DNA from: an uncultured bacterium | Lineage (GTDB): Bacteria > Patescibacteriota > Doudnabacteria > UBA920 | Assembly (NCBI GenBank): GCA_963749445.1 | Contig: CAVVMJ010000003.1 | Coordinates: 64,715 to 128,714 of the forward strand | Direction: 5' to 3' | Length of the DNA stretch: 64,000 nt | Shown: positions 36,881 to 51,141 of the stretch, piece by piece | Numbering within the stretch: the first letter of the stretch is position 1 | How the letters are laid out: every line of letters begins with the position of its first letter | The notes under the pieces: model-generated | Told to the model about the DNA's origin: nothing | The model's database searches: none | What the model saw: the letters and a program-made list of their open reading frames with translations, nothing else | Translations under genes and position numbers: made by a program

Positions 36881-36933
36881 TCCCGGCTCCCAGGCCGGGA
36901 TGACCCCGTTAAATCAAAAACAATTTAACGGGG
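36881..36933 (-). terminator. two consecutive hairpins downstream of gene 37076..37852
   Basis: tcccggc-tcccag-gccggga and ccccgttaaat...atttaacgggg. Confidence 0.5.
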
Positions 36934-36945
36934 CAAGCACAATAT

Positions 36946-36981
36946 AAGTATATACCTAAGTATATACCCGAGTATATACTT
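36946..36981. repeat. three tandem 12-bp repeats, each containing the palindrome GTATATAC
   Basis: taagtatatacc taagtatatacc cgagtatatact. Two more copies lie at 37864..37883 in the promoter of gene 37076..37852. Confidence 0.6.
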
Positions 36982-37075
36982 TTTCCATTACGCCGCGGCG
37001 ACAAAAGGGGCTTCCTGGAAACTGAATCGCTCCAGTTGGGCTTTGACTATTTGCATGCTGGGGTGCTTGTCCAGC

Positions 37076-37852
37076 TCAGCCAACTCTTCGGGCCTGGCCA
37101 TTTCTGCCAACAGGGCGGCAACTGTTGCGGCGGGCGGCTTCAAAAAACCGCGAAATCACAAAACGCTTTTTATTCGCCAACTCCAACTGTTTGGCGTAAG
37201 CCTTATAAGTTTCCAGTTGCAGTTCCAGCTGCCGCAAAATAACTTTTTTATACAAATCCCCGCCGTCCTGCGCGTTTTGTTCCCAATCGCGCACCACGCG
37301 CGTGGCATCGGCCGCGTTTAACACCACAATTGCGTGCGGCAAATTTGGCAAAACGTCTTCGAAGCTTCCGTCAGAACTGCGAAAATATTTTACCCCCGAC
37401 AAATTACCGCCACGTATCTCCTCTTCGATTCCCTCAAACTTTTTTCCCGGGTCATGGTTATAAGTCACGTCTATAGCCAAACCCAAATGTGACATTTCCC
37501 CTTGTCCTTCCTGGATTTCCAACACGCCATCGGTATGATTTTCGTCATCGTCATAATCACTGCACATTACCATATTTACGCGATCGCCAAACCAACGGCT
37601 GTTATTTATCCGCTCAAACAACGCCGCCTCAAAGGATTCAGCCAACTTATACTCATCGGTTTCCAGGCGCTCATACCCGCTTTTCTTTTTTGCTATCTTT
37701 ACGATGTCCCTTTCCACCATCTCCCTGGAAAAACCTTTTTTACCAATAAAAGACTCCGGCTTTAAGGCATGCTCGGCGGTTACGCGGCTGGCCCTAAAAT
37801 AGGCGGATTCCAAATTTGCCGGCATTTCCGGACTATGTCTAGCTTCCTTCAT
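37076..37852 (-). CDS. hypothetical protein (258 aa)
   Basis: ORF bracketed by GTATATAC repeats; no family recognised. Confidence 0.4.
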   Translation of the reverse strand: MKEARHSPEMPANLESAYFRASRVTAEHALKPESFIGKKGFSREMVERDIVKIAKKKSGYERLETDEYKLAESFEAALFERINNSRWFGDRVNMVMCSDYDDDENHTDGVLEIQEGQGEMSHLGLAIDVTYNHDPGKKFEGIEEEIRGGNLSGVKYFRSSDGSFEDVLPNLPHAIVVLNAADATRVVRDWEQNAQDGGDLYKKVILRQLELQLETYKAYAKQLELANKKRFVISRFFEAARRNSCRPVGRNGQARRVG

Positions 37853-37863
37853 AATTTTTGTTA

Positions 37864-37883
37864 TGTATACCTAAGTATATACT
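37864..37883. promoter_or_regulatory. GTATATAC-type sites overlapping the promoter of gene 37076..37852
   Basis: Reverse strand reads TTGATATTTAAAAAGTATATACTTAGGTATACAT. Confidence 0.45.
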
Positions 37884-37926
37884 TTTTAAATATCAATAAA
37901 AAAGCCCTGTATAAGCTTATTTTGGC

Positions 37927-38187
37927 CTAATCTCTTTCCCGCGGCAGCCCTTTGTCGGAAACCGGCTTTGCGTGTCTATGTGAAGTTATAGGCTCGTCGC
38001 TTTCTGTTGGCAAACTGCCCTCCAGCGGCAGGTCAAGCTGCTCGGGCTCTGATTCCATCCCGGGCAAAACCCCGGTTGATTGGTCATCGGCTTCTACATG
38101 ATGATGTTTTGCCCTTCGGCCATGGCCCACAGGGTCCACAGAATATATAGGAGGCAGCTCGCTTGATGTCTCTGGCATAAAATTCAA
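37927..38187 (-). CDS. hypothetical acidic protein (86 aa)
   Basis: ORF. Confidence 0.3.
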   Translation of the reverse strand: MNFMPETSSELPPIYSVDPVGHGRRAKHHHVEADDQSTGVLPGMESEPEQLDLPLEGSLPTESDEPITSHRHAKPVSDKGLPRERD

Positions 38188-38216
38188 ATTAATTTAAGAT
38201 TATAATTCCGGCCGGC

Positions 38217-38480
38217 CTATTTTACCAGCGCGTTCCAGAGGGCGGCCAGGACCCAGCCGGCAATATAGCCGACCACAAAGGTGACAGCAACCAAAACCAA
38301 GGCCGTGCCAAAGGCAAACGGCTGGAAGGTCAATGGCATCTCCACAAAGTGCAGGTGGAGTATCCATTCCATCAGCGGCTTGGCCCAGTTTAGGGCGACC
38401 AAGATTGTCCAAGCCAAATGCGCGAGGCCGAAAAACAGCCCGACCGCCAGTCCGGCGGAATTTTTGCCGATTGTTTGCAT
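38217..38480 (-). CDS. small membrane protein (87 aa, two TM)
   Basis: Hydrophobic helices. Confidence 0.4.
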   Translation of the reverse strand: MQTIGKNSAGLAVGLFFGLAHLAWTILVALNWAKPLMEWILHLHFVEMPLTFQPFAFGTALVLVAVTFVVGYIAGWVLAALWNALVK

Positions 38481-38487
38481 AATTTTT

Positions 38488-38850
38488 TTAACGGTTAATT
38501 TTTAATTTTAGATATTCAAAATCCAGGGCCACGCAAGGCTCATTGCCGACTACCCAGGCGTCGTGGCCGGGGTCGGCCTCAAAGCCCTGGTTTGGGCCCA
38601 CAATAATTTGCGTACCGGCGGCCGCTTTTACGGCCATTTGGCCGGAAAGGACAAAACCGATGTGAGCCTGGGAACTTTTGCCGGTTTGCGGCTTTGCATG
38701 CTTAGACCATTGCCAACCCGGCAGATATTCTCCCCGGCCGATTGTCATCGTCCGCAAAACTATTACTGCCCTCTTGCTACCGTCCAAAAAAATCCGCGGC
38801 TGGGCATTGTCGCTAAAATTTTTGGCTATGATGTCTAACATAAAAATCAA
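38488..38850 (-). CDS. cupin-domain protein
   Basis: HIGFVLSGQMAV...PGHDAWVVGNEP beta-barrel motifs. Confidence 0.5.
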   Translation of the reverse strand: MIFMLDIIAKNFSDNAQPRIFLDGSKRAVIVLRTMTIGRGEYLPGWQWSKHAKPQTGKSSQAHIGFVLSGQMAVKAAAGTQIIVGPNQGFEADPGHDAWVVGNEPCVALDFEYLKLKINR

Positions 38851-39176
38851 TCTTCCTGTCCCTCAATCATAGTACTTATTCTTTTAGCTGGCTTCATTTG
38901 TGGCTGGGTTTGCATTTGTTCTTGCGGTTCATGAATAGTGGGTGTCTTTTTTGGTCTTTCCGTTGGCAGGTCGCGCCAATCTACCAGTTCCGGCTCACGG
39001 CCACGGTGCGATTGGTCAGCCTCGACAAACATTCGAGCGCGGGCATCTGGACCAATAGGTTTTTCAGGCTCAGCTACCATTGCGGCTTCCAGATCGGCCC
39101 TAGCTTTTGCTGCCCGCTCTTCCCAATACTCTTCTTCTTGCTTAAACACACTGGATTGTTCTCTGGTTGGCATATA
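38847..39176 (-). CDS. hypothetical protein (start MPTREQS)
   Basis: Preceded by TATTTTTAATTGCAAATAT. Confidence 0.4.
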   Translation of the reverse strand, partial: YMPTREQSSVFKQEEEYWEERAAKARADLEAAMVAEPEKPIGPDARARMFVEADQSHRGREPELVDWRDLPTERPKKTPTIHEPQEQMQTQPQMKPAKRISTMIEGQED

Positions 39177-39195
39177 TTTGCAATTAAAAATAAAC

Positions 39196-39525
39196 CTAAT
39201 TAACCCGCGTTTCGGCAGGACCCATGTCAAGCGCTTCGCGGCACTTATCGCGATAATATCTTATCTGCTGGTCGAGAAAAATAATATGGGCCGGGTTACG
39301 GTCCGGCACCCAGTTATTTACCCAAACGTTAATATCTTGGTCCTTAACCCGCGCCATTGACCTTAATAACTGCAGTTGTTTAGGGTCATTGTTAATGGCA
39401 GTATCTCCGCCTTTATCTACCAACTGCCTCAATTTCTCCATGGCCTCCATAGGGCTAAGGTCTTCGAACAAATTGTCCGCATCGTGGGCCCAATCTATAC
39501 CCATAACTTCTCTGGTTTCCTTCAT
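39196..39525 (-). CDS. hypothetical protein (start MKETRE)
   Basis: Preceded by the same leader TATTTTTAATTGCAAATTT and a TAAAAT -10. Confidence 0.4.
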   Translation of the reverse strand: MKETREVMGIDWAHDADNLFEDLSPMEAMEKLRQLVDKGGDTAINNDPKQLQLLRSMARVKDQDINVWVNNWVPDRNPAHIIFLDQQIRYYRDKCREALDMGPAETRVN

Positions 39526-39595
39526 AAATTTGCAATTAAAAATAGCCTCACTCTTAAGGCTATTTTACCCCCAAATTAAAATTTTGGCTAATAGT

Positions 39596-39937
39596 TTACG
39601 CCGCTTTTGGCTCTTCCCAAAGTTCCCGGGTAGACACCTTTTTTATCTCAAGTTGTTTGATTCTAAAAAAATTTTCAAGACTGCCGGTCATATCTTCTGT
39701 GGCACCAGGAAAATACAAATACAAGCCGCATCTATTGACTGGATCGTAATCATCACTAGCGCCTCCGTAAGCCGAGGGGCTAAAAATACTCCCACGATTT
39801 TGTTGCTCGATCTTAACCGCGTCGTAAGCCTTTTCCTTTTCCGCCTCGCTATTGAATATTACCCAATACTCCTTAGGGACATGTTCCCGATATTCCCCCG
39901 AAGCCCGAGTTCCGGGCATTTCATGGACTTGCGCCAT
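39596..39937 (-). CDS. hypothetical protein (113 aa)
   Basis: ORF. Confidence 0.35.
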   Translation of the reverse strand: MAQVHEMPGTRASGEYREHVPKEYWVIFNSEAEKEKAYDAVKIEQQNRGSIFSPSAYGGASDDYDPVNRCGLYLYFPGATEDMTGSLENFFRIKQLEIKKVSTRELWEEPKAA

Positions 39938-39952
39938 AAATTTTGTGATTAG

Positions 39953-40222
39953 TTACTCTTCTTTTTTCCATCTTTCTAATTTTGGAATACCCATAGTCAT
40001 CCAACCGGCCAAAAATCCCGGAAAACCCATTTCCTGTAACTTCTGCTTGCAAAAAATTTGCATTTGCTCCGCGGTCCAATCCGGATTTTTAAACGCGCCG
40101 TTAACGTAGCAGTAGGAACAATACATGGCCGATTTAGTGCCGTCGGCATTAGTTCCTCCGCCGGCCGGATCTTTTTTTAGCGGCATGCCGCAGCTTTGGC
40201 AGTTTTTGTAGATTTGACTCAT
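39953..40222 (-). CDS. zinc-ribbon domain protein
   Basis: CQSCGMPL...CSYCYVNG. Start taken at MSQIYK. Confidence 0.45.
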   Translation of the reverse strand: MSQIYKNCQSCGMPLKKDPAGGGTNADGTKSAMYCSYCYVNGAFKNPDWTAEQMQIFCKQKLQEMGFPGFLAGWMTMGIPKLERWKKEE

Positions 40223-40269
40223 AGATTTCCGATAAAAATTGGCCTTACTTTGTTTTTTCCCGCAAATTT

Positions 40270-40497
40270 TTAATTTTTTCCTCCAGGTGGGCTTTTCTTG
40301 TCTGCCACACATCTAAAATAAGCTCCGCCCGTTCGAGGTTCCAAAGAGTCAAAGGAGTCGAAAGGTTTGACTTCTCTCAAAGCGGGAATCTTGCCGGTTA
40401 ATTCGGCAATCCGGGCTTCTACCTGCTGTAATTTATGTTCCGCGGCTTCCAGCGGAGTAAACCGCCCGATATCCCGCGCTATTTCGCCTTTGCTCAT
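40270..40497 (-). CDS. hypothetical protein (75 aa) with its own promoter
   Basis: Upstream on the reverse strand: TTGAAA, 17 nt, TAAAAT. Confidence 0.4.
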   Translation of the reverse strand: MSKGEIARDIGRFTPLEAAEHKLQQVEARIAELTGKIPALREVKPFDSFDSLEPRTGGAYFRCVADKKSPPGGKN

Positions 40498-40612
40498 AAA
40501 ATAAATCCCTCTTCTAAGGCTATTTTACGCCGATTAAGCATAAATTTCAACCATCGTCCATCATCGGGCGGATAATATCCGCCCCTACACCCCAATAATT
40601 CTAAACAGTTTA

Positions 40613-40645
40613 AATCCCGTCCCGATTTTATCGGGACGGGATAAA
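40613..40645 (-). terminator. rpoC terminator
   Basis: atcccgtcccgat-tttatcgggacgggat. Confidence 0.6.
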
Positions 40646-40663
40646 TTATCTACTATTTATATT

Positions 40664-44583
<3,920 letters not shown>

Positions 44584-44639
44584 TTGGGTTATTTAAAGAT
44601 TAAAAGATTTAATGATTGAAAGATTGATAATAATAAATT

Positions 44640-44770
44640 TCTAATTGCCCTGATTATTCTAATTATTCCTAAATAAATCCCAATATCCAAGTTCCAAGTT
44701 CCAAGTTAGGCATTAGTCATTGGTGCTTATTTAGGTCAATTAGGTTAATTAAAACAATTAGAATAATTTT
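44640..44770. repeat. second copy of the ~125-bp AT-rich upstream element, here before rpoC
   Basis: ...ttattcctaaataaatcccaatatccaagttccaagttccaagttaggcattagtcattggtgcttatttaggtcaattagg...caattagaataatt; it includes (ccaagtt)x3. Confidence 0.55.
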
Positions 44771-44859
44771 TTAATGCTCTTTACAACTCTCTCTCTGTGC
44801 TATTTTTAGCTGTCCATCATCCGAGAACTTTTCGGAAATAGGACAGGAATGGAGGAACT

Positions 44860-45141
44860 ATGTGCAATTGTGATTTACAGATCACTATCGCAACAGGTCT
44901 GGGGCGGACAGATGTAGTGACCGTTCGAGTTGCAAAGACGGTCAAATTCCAGGCTCAAGTTGGAGAAAAACCCATACCAGCCCCTGCTGCGGAAACTGAG
45001 TCAGGCTCTTTTCCAGGCTCTTTGGGGAGAGCTGCGGCAGAAGCCATGATCGCGGCTATAGACTATGGAAAATTCATAAGCCGCAGGGAGATCGCCATCA
45101 ACTTCACCTTCTGCCCCGCCTGCGGGCAAAAGCTTGACTGA
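44860..45141 (+). CDS. small Cys-containing protein (93 aa; N-terminal CNC, C-terminal CPAC), lying between rpoB and rpoC on the opposite strand
   Basis: RBS ggagg 5 nt before ATG; MCNCDL...CPACGQKLD. Confidence 0.4.
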   Translation: MCNCDLQITIATGLGRTDVVTVRVAKTVKFQAQVGEKPIPAPAAETESGSFPGSLGRAAAEAMIAAIDYGKFISRREIAINFTFCPACGQKLD

Positions 45142-45400
45142 ACCGCGCACCACCACTCGCCGCCTCGCCACCCGCGTCCGGTTCTGCCCCTCCGATGCTT
45201 ATCGGAGACTCGACAGAACCGGTCCGTTTTTTTTATGTAAAAGTTCTCTCGGGCTTTTTGCGGAGCTCCCCTCCCCTTCTGAGGGGAGGGTTAGGGAGAG
45301 GTTGTGCCCGACATCGGCTACTGCACCCTCTCTGTCCCGCTCCGCGGGACATCTCCCCCAGAGGGGGAGAAGGCTCCGCGGTTGTCCTTATTTCGGGCGG
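45142..45400. repeat. GC-rich hairpin-mosaic element copy D (intergenic, about 260 bp)
   Basis: ccggttctg...cagaaccgg then T8; ctcccctcccc-ttctg-aggggaggg; gtcccgc-tcc-gcgggac; tctccccc-agag-ggggaga; gctccgcggttgtcctt. Confidence 0.6.
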
Positions 45401-45458
45401 CCGATAAATTGGCACACTACGTCCGTTTTAGTCCGTTCCCTGTCCGATTAAGTCAGCG

Positions 45459-48400
45459 TTACTTGCTCTTTTTCTCCTTCTTCGGCTTCTTTTTGACTTC
45501 ATCCGCAAACAGCGATATATCGGGAACCGTGACCGGCATTACCGGCGCGCCCGGCACCACGATTTCCTGTTCCTGCGCCGCCGTGGTAATGCTGCCGTCG
45601 GCTCCCAGCAGTTCTACATCAAGACCAAGTGATTGTAATTCTTTGACCAAAACCCTAAAACTTTCCGGAATGTTTGGCTTTTTAATCGGTTCGCCTTTGA
45701 CTATCGCCTCATAAGTTTTTGACCGGCCAACCACGTCGTCGGACTTAATCGTGAGCATTTCCTGCAAAGTGTGCGCCGCGCCATAGCCTTCCAAAGCCCA
45801 GACTTCCATTTCCCCAAAGCGCTGTCCGCCGAACTGGGCCTTGCCGCCGAGCGGCTGCTGCGTGATTAAGCTGTACGGACCCGTGGAGCGCGCGTGCATT
45901 TTATCATCAACCAAATGGTGGAGCTTTAAAAAATACATAATGCCGACCGTAACTTTTTCGTCAAACGGTTCGCCGGTTTTGCCGTCGTACAAAACCACTT
46001 TGCCGTCTTCGGGAACGCCGGCCTTTTTTAATTCTTCCTTGATTTGCGCTTCGGTCACCCCGTCCAAAACCGGTGTGGCCACTTTATAACCTAATTTATA
46101 GGCAGCCATGCCCAAATGGGTTTCCAAAATTTGACCGAGGTTCATACGGGACACCACGCCAAGCGGGTTTAAAATAATGTCCACGGCGCGGCCGTCCTTC
46201 ATAAACGGCAAGTCTTCCACCGGAATAATTTTACTGATGACGCCTTTGTTGCCGTGGCGGCCGGCCATTTTGTCGCCGACCTGGATTTTTCTTAACACTG
46301 CCACCGACACTTGGATAGAGCGGATAACGCCCGACGGCAATTTGTCGCCGGCTTCGCGCGTAAATTCGCGGATATTGACGACTTTGCCGTATTCGCCGTG
46401 CGGCAGGGTCAAGGAGGTGTCTTTGACGTCACGGGATTTTTCGCCGAAAATCACGCGCAAAAGTTTTTCTTCCGCGGTCAAATCGGTTTCGCCTTTGGGC
46501 GTAATTTTGCCGACCAAAATGTCGCCGGCTTTAATTTGCGCGCCGATGCGGATGACGCCGTTCTCGTCCAAATCCTTGAGTTTTTCCTCGCCGACGTTGG
46601 GAATATCGCGCGTAACCTGCTCGGGGCCCAATTTAGTGTCGCGCACGTCAATTTTAAAATCGTCTATGTGGATGCTGCTGTAACGGTCGGCCTGCACCAC
46701 GCGCTCGGAAACCAAAACCGCGTCTTCGTAGTTACCGCCTTCCCAGGACATAAACGCTACCAAAACATTTTGGCCCAAAGCCAACTCTCCCCCTTCGGTG
46801 GAGGCGCCGTCCGCCAAAAGCTCGCCTTTTTTGACATGCTGGCCTTTGTCTACGCGCGGAATTTGGTTTATGGACGTAGCCGAATTGGTACGCAAAAATT
46901 TGAGCAGATGGTATTCCCGTTTTTTACCCTTGTCGCCGACTACGACAATTTTGTCGCCGCTGACCGAAGTGACGTCGCCGTCTTCCTCGGCCACTACAAT
47001 GGTGCCGCTGTCGCGGGCCGCTTTTTGTTCCATACCCGTGCCCACGAACGGCGCCTCGGGCTTAATGCAGGACACGGCCTGCCGCTGCATGTTACTGCCC
47101 ATAAGCGCGCGGTTGGCGTCATCGTGCTCCAAAAACGGGATCAGCGAAGTGGTCACGGAAATAATCTGTTTGGGCGAAACATCCACACAGTCAATGTCGT
47201 CCGTGCTAGCCACGCTGGGCACGGTGTGCAGCCTAACAGCGGCGCGCGGCTGGACAAAATAACCGTTGTCCGCGATCTCAATGCCGGCCTCGCCGATAAT
47301 CAAACCTTCCTCTTCAAACGCGTCCAAATAGCGGACCTCGTCGGTCACGCGGGGCTTGATGCGGAACTCCGCCGCTTGGCTGTTTTTGGCCGCCTCTTTG
47401 GCTTTGGCGGCGGTGACGGTTTCGCCGGCCGCGATGGCGACATTGCCTTTGCCATCTTTAATATCATAAAGGGAAATTTCGCCCACTAAATCTTTGCCGT
47501 CGTTTTTGGCGATTTTTTTGGCAAAACGGTAGGGGGTTTCAATAAAACCAAAATCATTCACTCTGGCATAAGTGGCCAAGTGGGCTACCAGGCCGATGTT
47601 CGGGCCTTCGGGCGTGGTAATGGGGCAAAGCCGGCCGTAGTGGCTGTGGTGCACGTCGCGCACTTCAAAACCGGCGCGCTCGCGGGACAGTCCGCCGGGA
47701 CCCATGGCGGACAGCCTTCTCTTGTGTTCCAGCTCGGCCAAAGGGTTAGTCTGGTCCATAAATTGCGACAGTTGCGAGGAGGAAAAAACTCCTGCATGGT
47801 GGCGACTATGGGCCGCACGTGGATAAGCTGGGCCGGAGTCACGGTTTCCAAATCGGCCAAGGACATGCGGTCTTTGGCAATGCGCGCCATACGGGCCAGA
47901 CCCACGCGGAACCGGGTCTGAATGAGCTCCCCAACCGCGCGCACGCGGCGGTTGGCCAAATGGTCAATGTCGTCCGGCGCTTCCTGGGTATTGTTCAGGC
48001 GGATGACTTCGCGCACCACGGCCACTAAATCTTCCAACAGCAACAGCGGATTGTCGCGCTTAACGTCTATGTGCAGGCGCTGGTTGAACTTGTAGCGGCC
48101 AACCGGGGAAAAATCGTATCTTTCAAAATTAAAAAACATGCCGCTGATGAGGGACTTGGCGTTGTCCACGGTGGCCAAATCGCCGGGGCGGATTCTTTTA
48201 TAAACTTCCTTAAAACCTTCGTCACTGTTGGTGGATGCGTCTTTGGCCAAAGTTGACTCTATATATTTGGTGTCCGGGTCAGTGTCAATGTCGGCAAAAG
48301 CCTGCAAAATTTGGTCGTTGGATGAAAGACCGAACACGCGCATCAGCGCGGTAATCGGAATGCGGCGCTTTCTGTCTATTTTTACGCCGATGACGCCGGC

Positions 48401-48940
48401 CAAATCGGTATCCAGCTCCAGCCAGGCGCCGCGGTTGGGGATAATTTTGGCGCCGTAGCAGTTTTTGCCGCGCAAATTCTCAGTAGTAAAAAATACGCCC
48501 GGTGATTTAATGAGCTGGTTGACCACCACGCGCTCCACGCCGTTGATGATGAACGTGCCGCGCGGGGTCATTAACGGAAAATCGCCGAAATAAACGTCCT
48601 GGGTCTTGGTTTTGCCCGTGACTTTGTTGACCAGGCGGGCAGCCACGTACAACGGCGCTTCGTAAGTGGTGTTGCGCTCACGGGATGTGAACTCGTCGTA
48701 CTTGGCTTTGTCAAAAAAATAGTCGCCGAAAAACAGCTCCAGATTTTTGCCGGTGAAGTCGCGAATCGGCGTGACTTCGCCGAGCAGTTCCTTGAGCCCT
48801 TTTTCCAAGAACCACTTATAAGAATCCAGCTGCACCTCTATGAGGTTGGGCAGCAGTTTGGTTTCGTGGTGCTTGGTAAAAAATTTCCGGCCGGCTTTGG
48901 CCGGAGTTTTTACTAAAGTGTGGGCTGAGGATTTAGGCAT
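45459..48940 (-). CDS. rpoB: DNA-directed RNA polymerase beta subunit, split by a one-base deletion in a homopolymer run at about 47785-47790
   Basis: The ORFs 47585..48940 and 45459..47759 overlap. Reverse strand reads gagttttttcctcctcg; adding one T restores [18 protein letters not shown]. Confidence 0.9.
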
Positions 48941-48988
48941 GATGGATGATAATTTAATAAATAAAAAATTAAAATTGTTAACTTATGC

Positions 48989-49088
48989 TTGATGGGCATC
49001 TTCGTGCGGCTAAAAGAGTTGGCCGATATTTATCGATCGATGCGTCCACCATCGCCTGCTATACTATATTCTCGAAGATGCCCATCAA
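48989..49088. mobile_element. MITE-like element, copy 2, upstream of rpoB
   Basis: TTGATGGGCATCTTCGTG...ccgatatttatcgatcg...CGAAGATGCCCATCAA. Confidence 0.55.
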
Positions 49089-49485
49089 CTGCGCTGTCCC
49101 GGAATAATAAATCGCGTGCACTAAAAACCCACCCTTTTTGTCAAATTTAAAAGGTTTTATTAATGTTGCTACGCGTTAATTAAATTTTTCGCCATCAAAA
49201 AATTAAAATGACCGCAAAACAATCTGCCGAAAATCCGGTTTTCGGCTGGTGGTCTTTATGAATTTGCCCCGGTTTTACGCCTAAAGCGGGTTAACCGGAG
49301 TTACACACGCATCCCCAAATCGTGTAATGTGTATAGCTACTATATATAAGTATTATACTTTTGTCAAGGTTTTGGGGCAAATATTCTTTGGCTTATCTTA
49401 AATGGTTTTGTCTGATTATAAAACGAAAAGAGCAGGATCATGGGCTTGGTAAAGCCTCCCCTGCTCCGTGTTGTCCGATCTCGGA

Positions 49486-49908
49486 TCACTGTTCCGGCAT
49501 GCTTCCTTGGTTGGCTTCGCCGACCTCTTGCCAGACCTGTTCGTACGTGGCCAACTCGGGTTTCCACACCCGCGTCAACAGATTGGCGCAGGCATAAAAC
49601 CCGATTTGGTCGTCCCGGCTGGCAAAGTCCACACCGCTCAGGCCCAGCATCTCCTGGCGCGGCCAACCGTTCAATGACATCCAAGCGCTGGCAAGCGTAC
49701 CTTGGGTGGTGAGCTGGCAACCATCCACCCGCAGTTCGGGATCGTTGGCCAAAAGAGCTTTGCCATTCCATTGCAATTTTGCGATCAGCTCCTGCGCAGC
49801 GGGGAGGTTGCTCCGGAAGAATTCTCCAAAGCTTTCACCTTCCCAGCGGATAATTTTCTCGGATAAGTGCTGGACCAACTGGACCAGCAACATTGGATAA
49901 TCGATCAT
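49486..49908 (-). CDS. hypothetical protein (about 140 aa) in a GC-rich stretch
   Basis: Start at MIDYPM is uncertain; local GC is about 58%. Confidence 0.35.
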   Translation of the reverse strand: MIDYPMLLVQLVQHLSEKIIRWEGESFGEFFRSNLPAAQELIAKLQWNGKALLANDPELRVDGCQLTTQGTLASAWMSLNGWPRQEMLGLSGVDFASRDDQIGFYACANLLTRVWKPELATYEQVWQEVGEANQGSMPEQ

Positions 49909-50004
49909 ATACTCCCCCTTTGGAGTACTAATGTTATATACAAATATCTTAATTCCGTCAACCGGTAGAAAATTAACCTGATTACTGCTAAAATAGTCCC
50001 AGAT

Positions 50005-51141
50005 ATGCCAAACGTAATCCAAGTACAAAACTTAAAGAAAACCTACAAACTGGCCAAAGGCAAAGAGCTGGAGGCGGTGCGCGGGATAGGGTTTGAGGTG
50101 TTTAAGGGCGAGATTTTTGGGATTTTGGGGCCGAACGGAGCCGGGAAGACCACCACGTTGGAAATCATCGAGTGCCTAAAACCGCAGACTGACGGTGTGG
50201 TTACGGTTTTGGAATTTGATAATTTAAAATCGCCTGACGAAATAAAAAAACGCATTGGCGTGCAGTTGCAGTCCAGCCAGTATTTACACCATCTGAGTTT
50301 GGGGGAATTGTTGGATTTGTTCGCGTCGTTGTATCCAAGGACAGAGGCGGAGCCTCTCCCCCTGTCAGGGGGGAGTACCTCGCGACTTGCCCGACGAAGC
50401 CTTGGCGAAGTCGGGAGCGAGGGGAGGGGGTTGGATATAAATCAGCCGACTCCAACCACCCCGTCCCGCCAAAGCGGGACACCCCTCCTTAAAAAGGAGG
50501 GGAATGCTCCGCGGTTATCCTTTGATTCCAGGATGGGCAAAAAAACGGAATTGTTAAAACTCGTAGGATTAGAAGACAAAATTCACGAAGAATTTGCCAA
50601 CCTCTCCGGCGGGCAGAAACAGAGGTTTACCATTGCCACATCACTTGTCCACGAGCCGCAAATTTTATTCCTTGATGAACCAACCACCGGCCTTGACCCC
50701 AAAGCCCGGCGCGATATGTGGGGGCTGATAAAAACCATCAACGCGCGCGGCATTACCATTGTCTTAACCACCCATTACATGGAAGAAGCGGAGTTTTTAT
50801 GCCACCGCGTAGCCATTATGGATGAGGGCAAAATTTTGGAAATTGACGAGCCTAAAAAATTAATTGACCGTTTGTCCGACACCACGCAAATATCCTTTTT
50901 TACCGACACAAAAATCGACCCCAAGTTATTCTCCGGCATTTCGGAAGTAAAAAAAGTCCACGCTGCTTATCCCAAAGTTGTTTTGGAAATTACCAGTCTG
51001 GATAAAATTTCCGCGGTGGTCAACCTGCTGCGGCAGCATCAAATTATTTTTTACGGTTTTACCGTTAAAACCGCAGCCCTAGAAGACGTTTATTTAGACT
51101 TAACCGGCCGCGCCTACGACGAAGGAGAAAACGATGAATAG
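50005..51141 (+). CDS. ABC transporter ATP-binding protein with an in-frame GC-element insertion of about 60 aa
   Basis: GPNGAGKTT (Walker A), LSGGQKQR signature, ILFLDEPTTGLD (Walker B). Confidence 0.9.
   Translation: MPNVIQVQNLKKTYKLAKGKELEAVRGIGFEVFKGEIFGILGPNGAGKTTTLEIIECLKPQTDGVVTVLEFDNLKSPDEIKKRIGVQLQSSQYLHHLSLGELLDLFASLYPRTEAEPLPLSGGSTSRLARRSLGEVGSEGRGLDINQPTPTTPSRQSGTPLLKKEGNAPRLSFDSRMGKKTELLKLVGLEDKIHEEFANLSGGQKQRFTIATSLVHEPQILFLDEPTTGLDPKARRDMWGLIKTINARGITIVLTTHYMEEAEFLCHRVAIMDEGKILEIDEPKKLIDRLSDTTQISFFTDTKIDPKLFSGISEVKKVHAAYPKVVLEITSLDKISAVVNLLRQHQIIFYGFTVKTAALEDVYLDLTGRAYDEGENDE
50345..50525. repeat. GC-rich hairpin-mosaic element copy E, in frame within the ABC ATPase
   Basis: ctccccc-tgtca-gggggag; cccgacgaagccttggcgaagtcggg; gtcccgcc-aaa-gcgggac; cccctcctt-aaaa-aggagggg; gctccgcggttatccttt. 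Confidence 0.6.
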
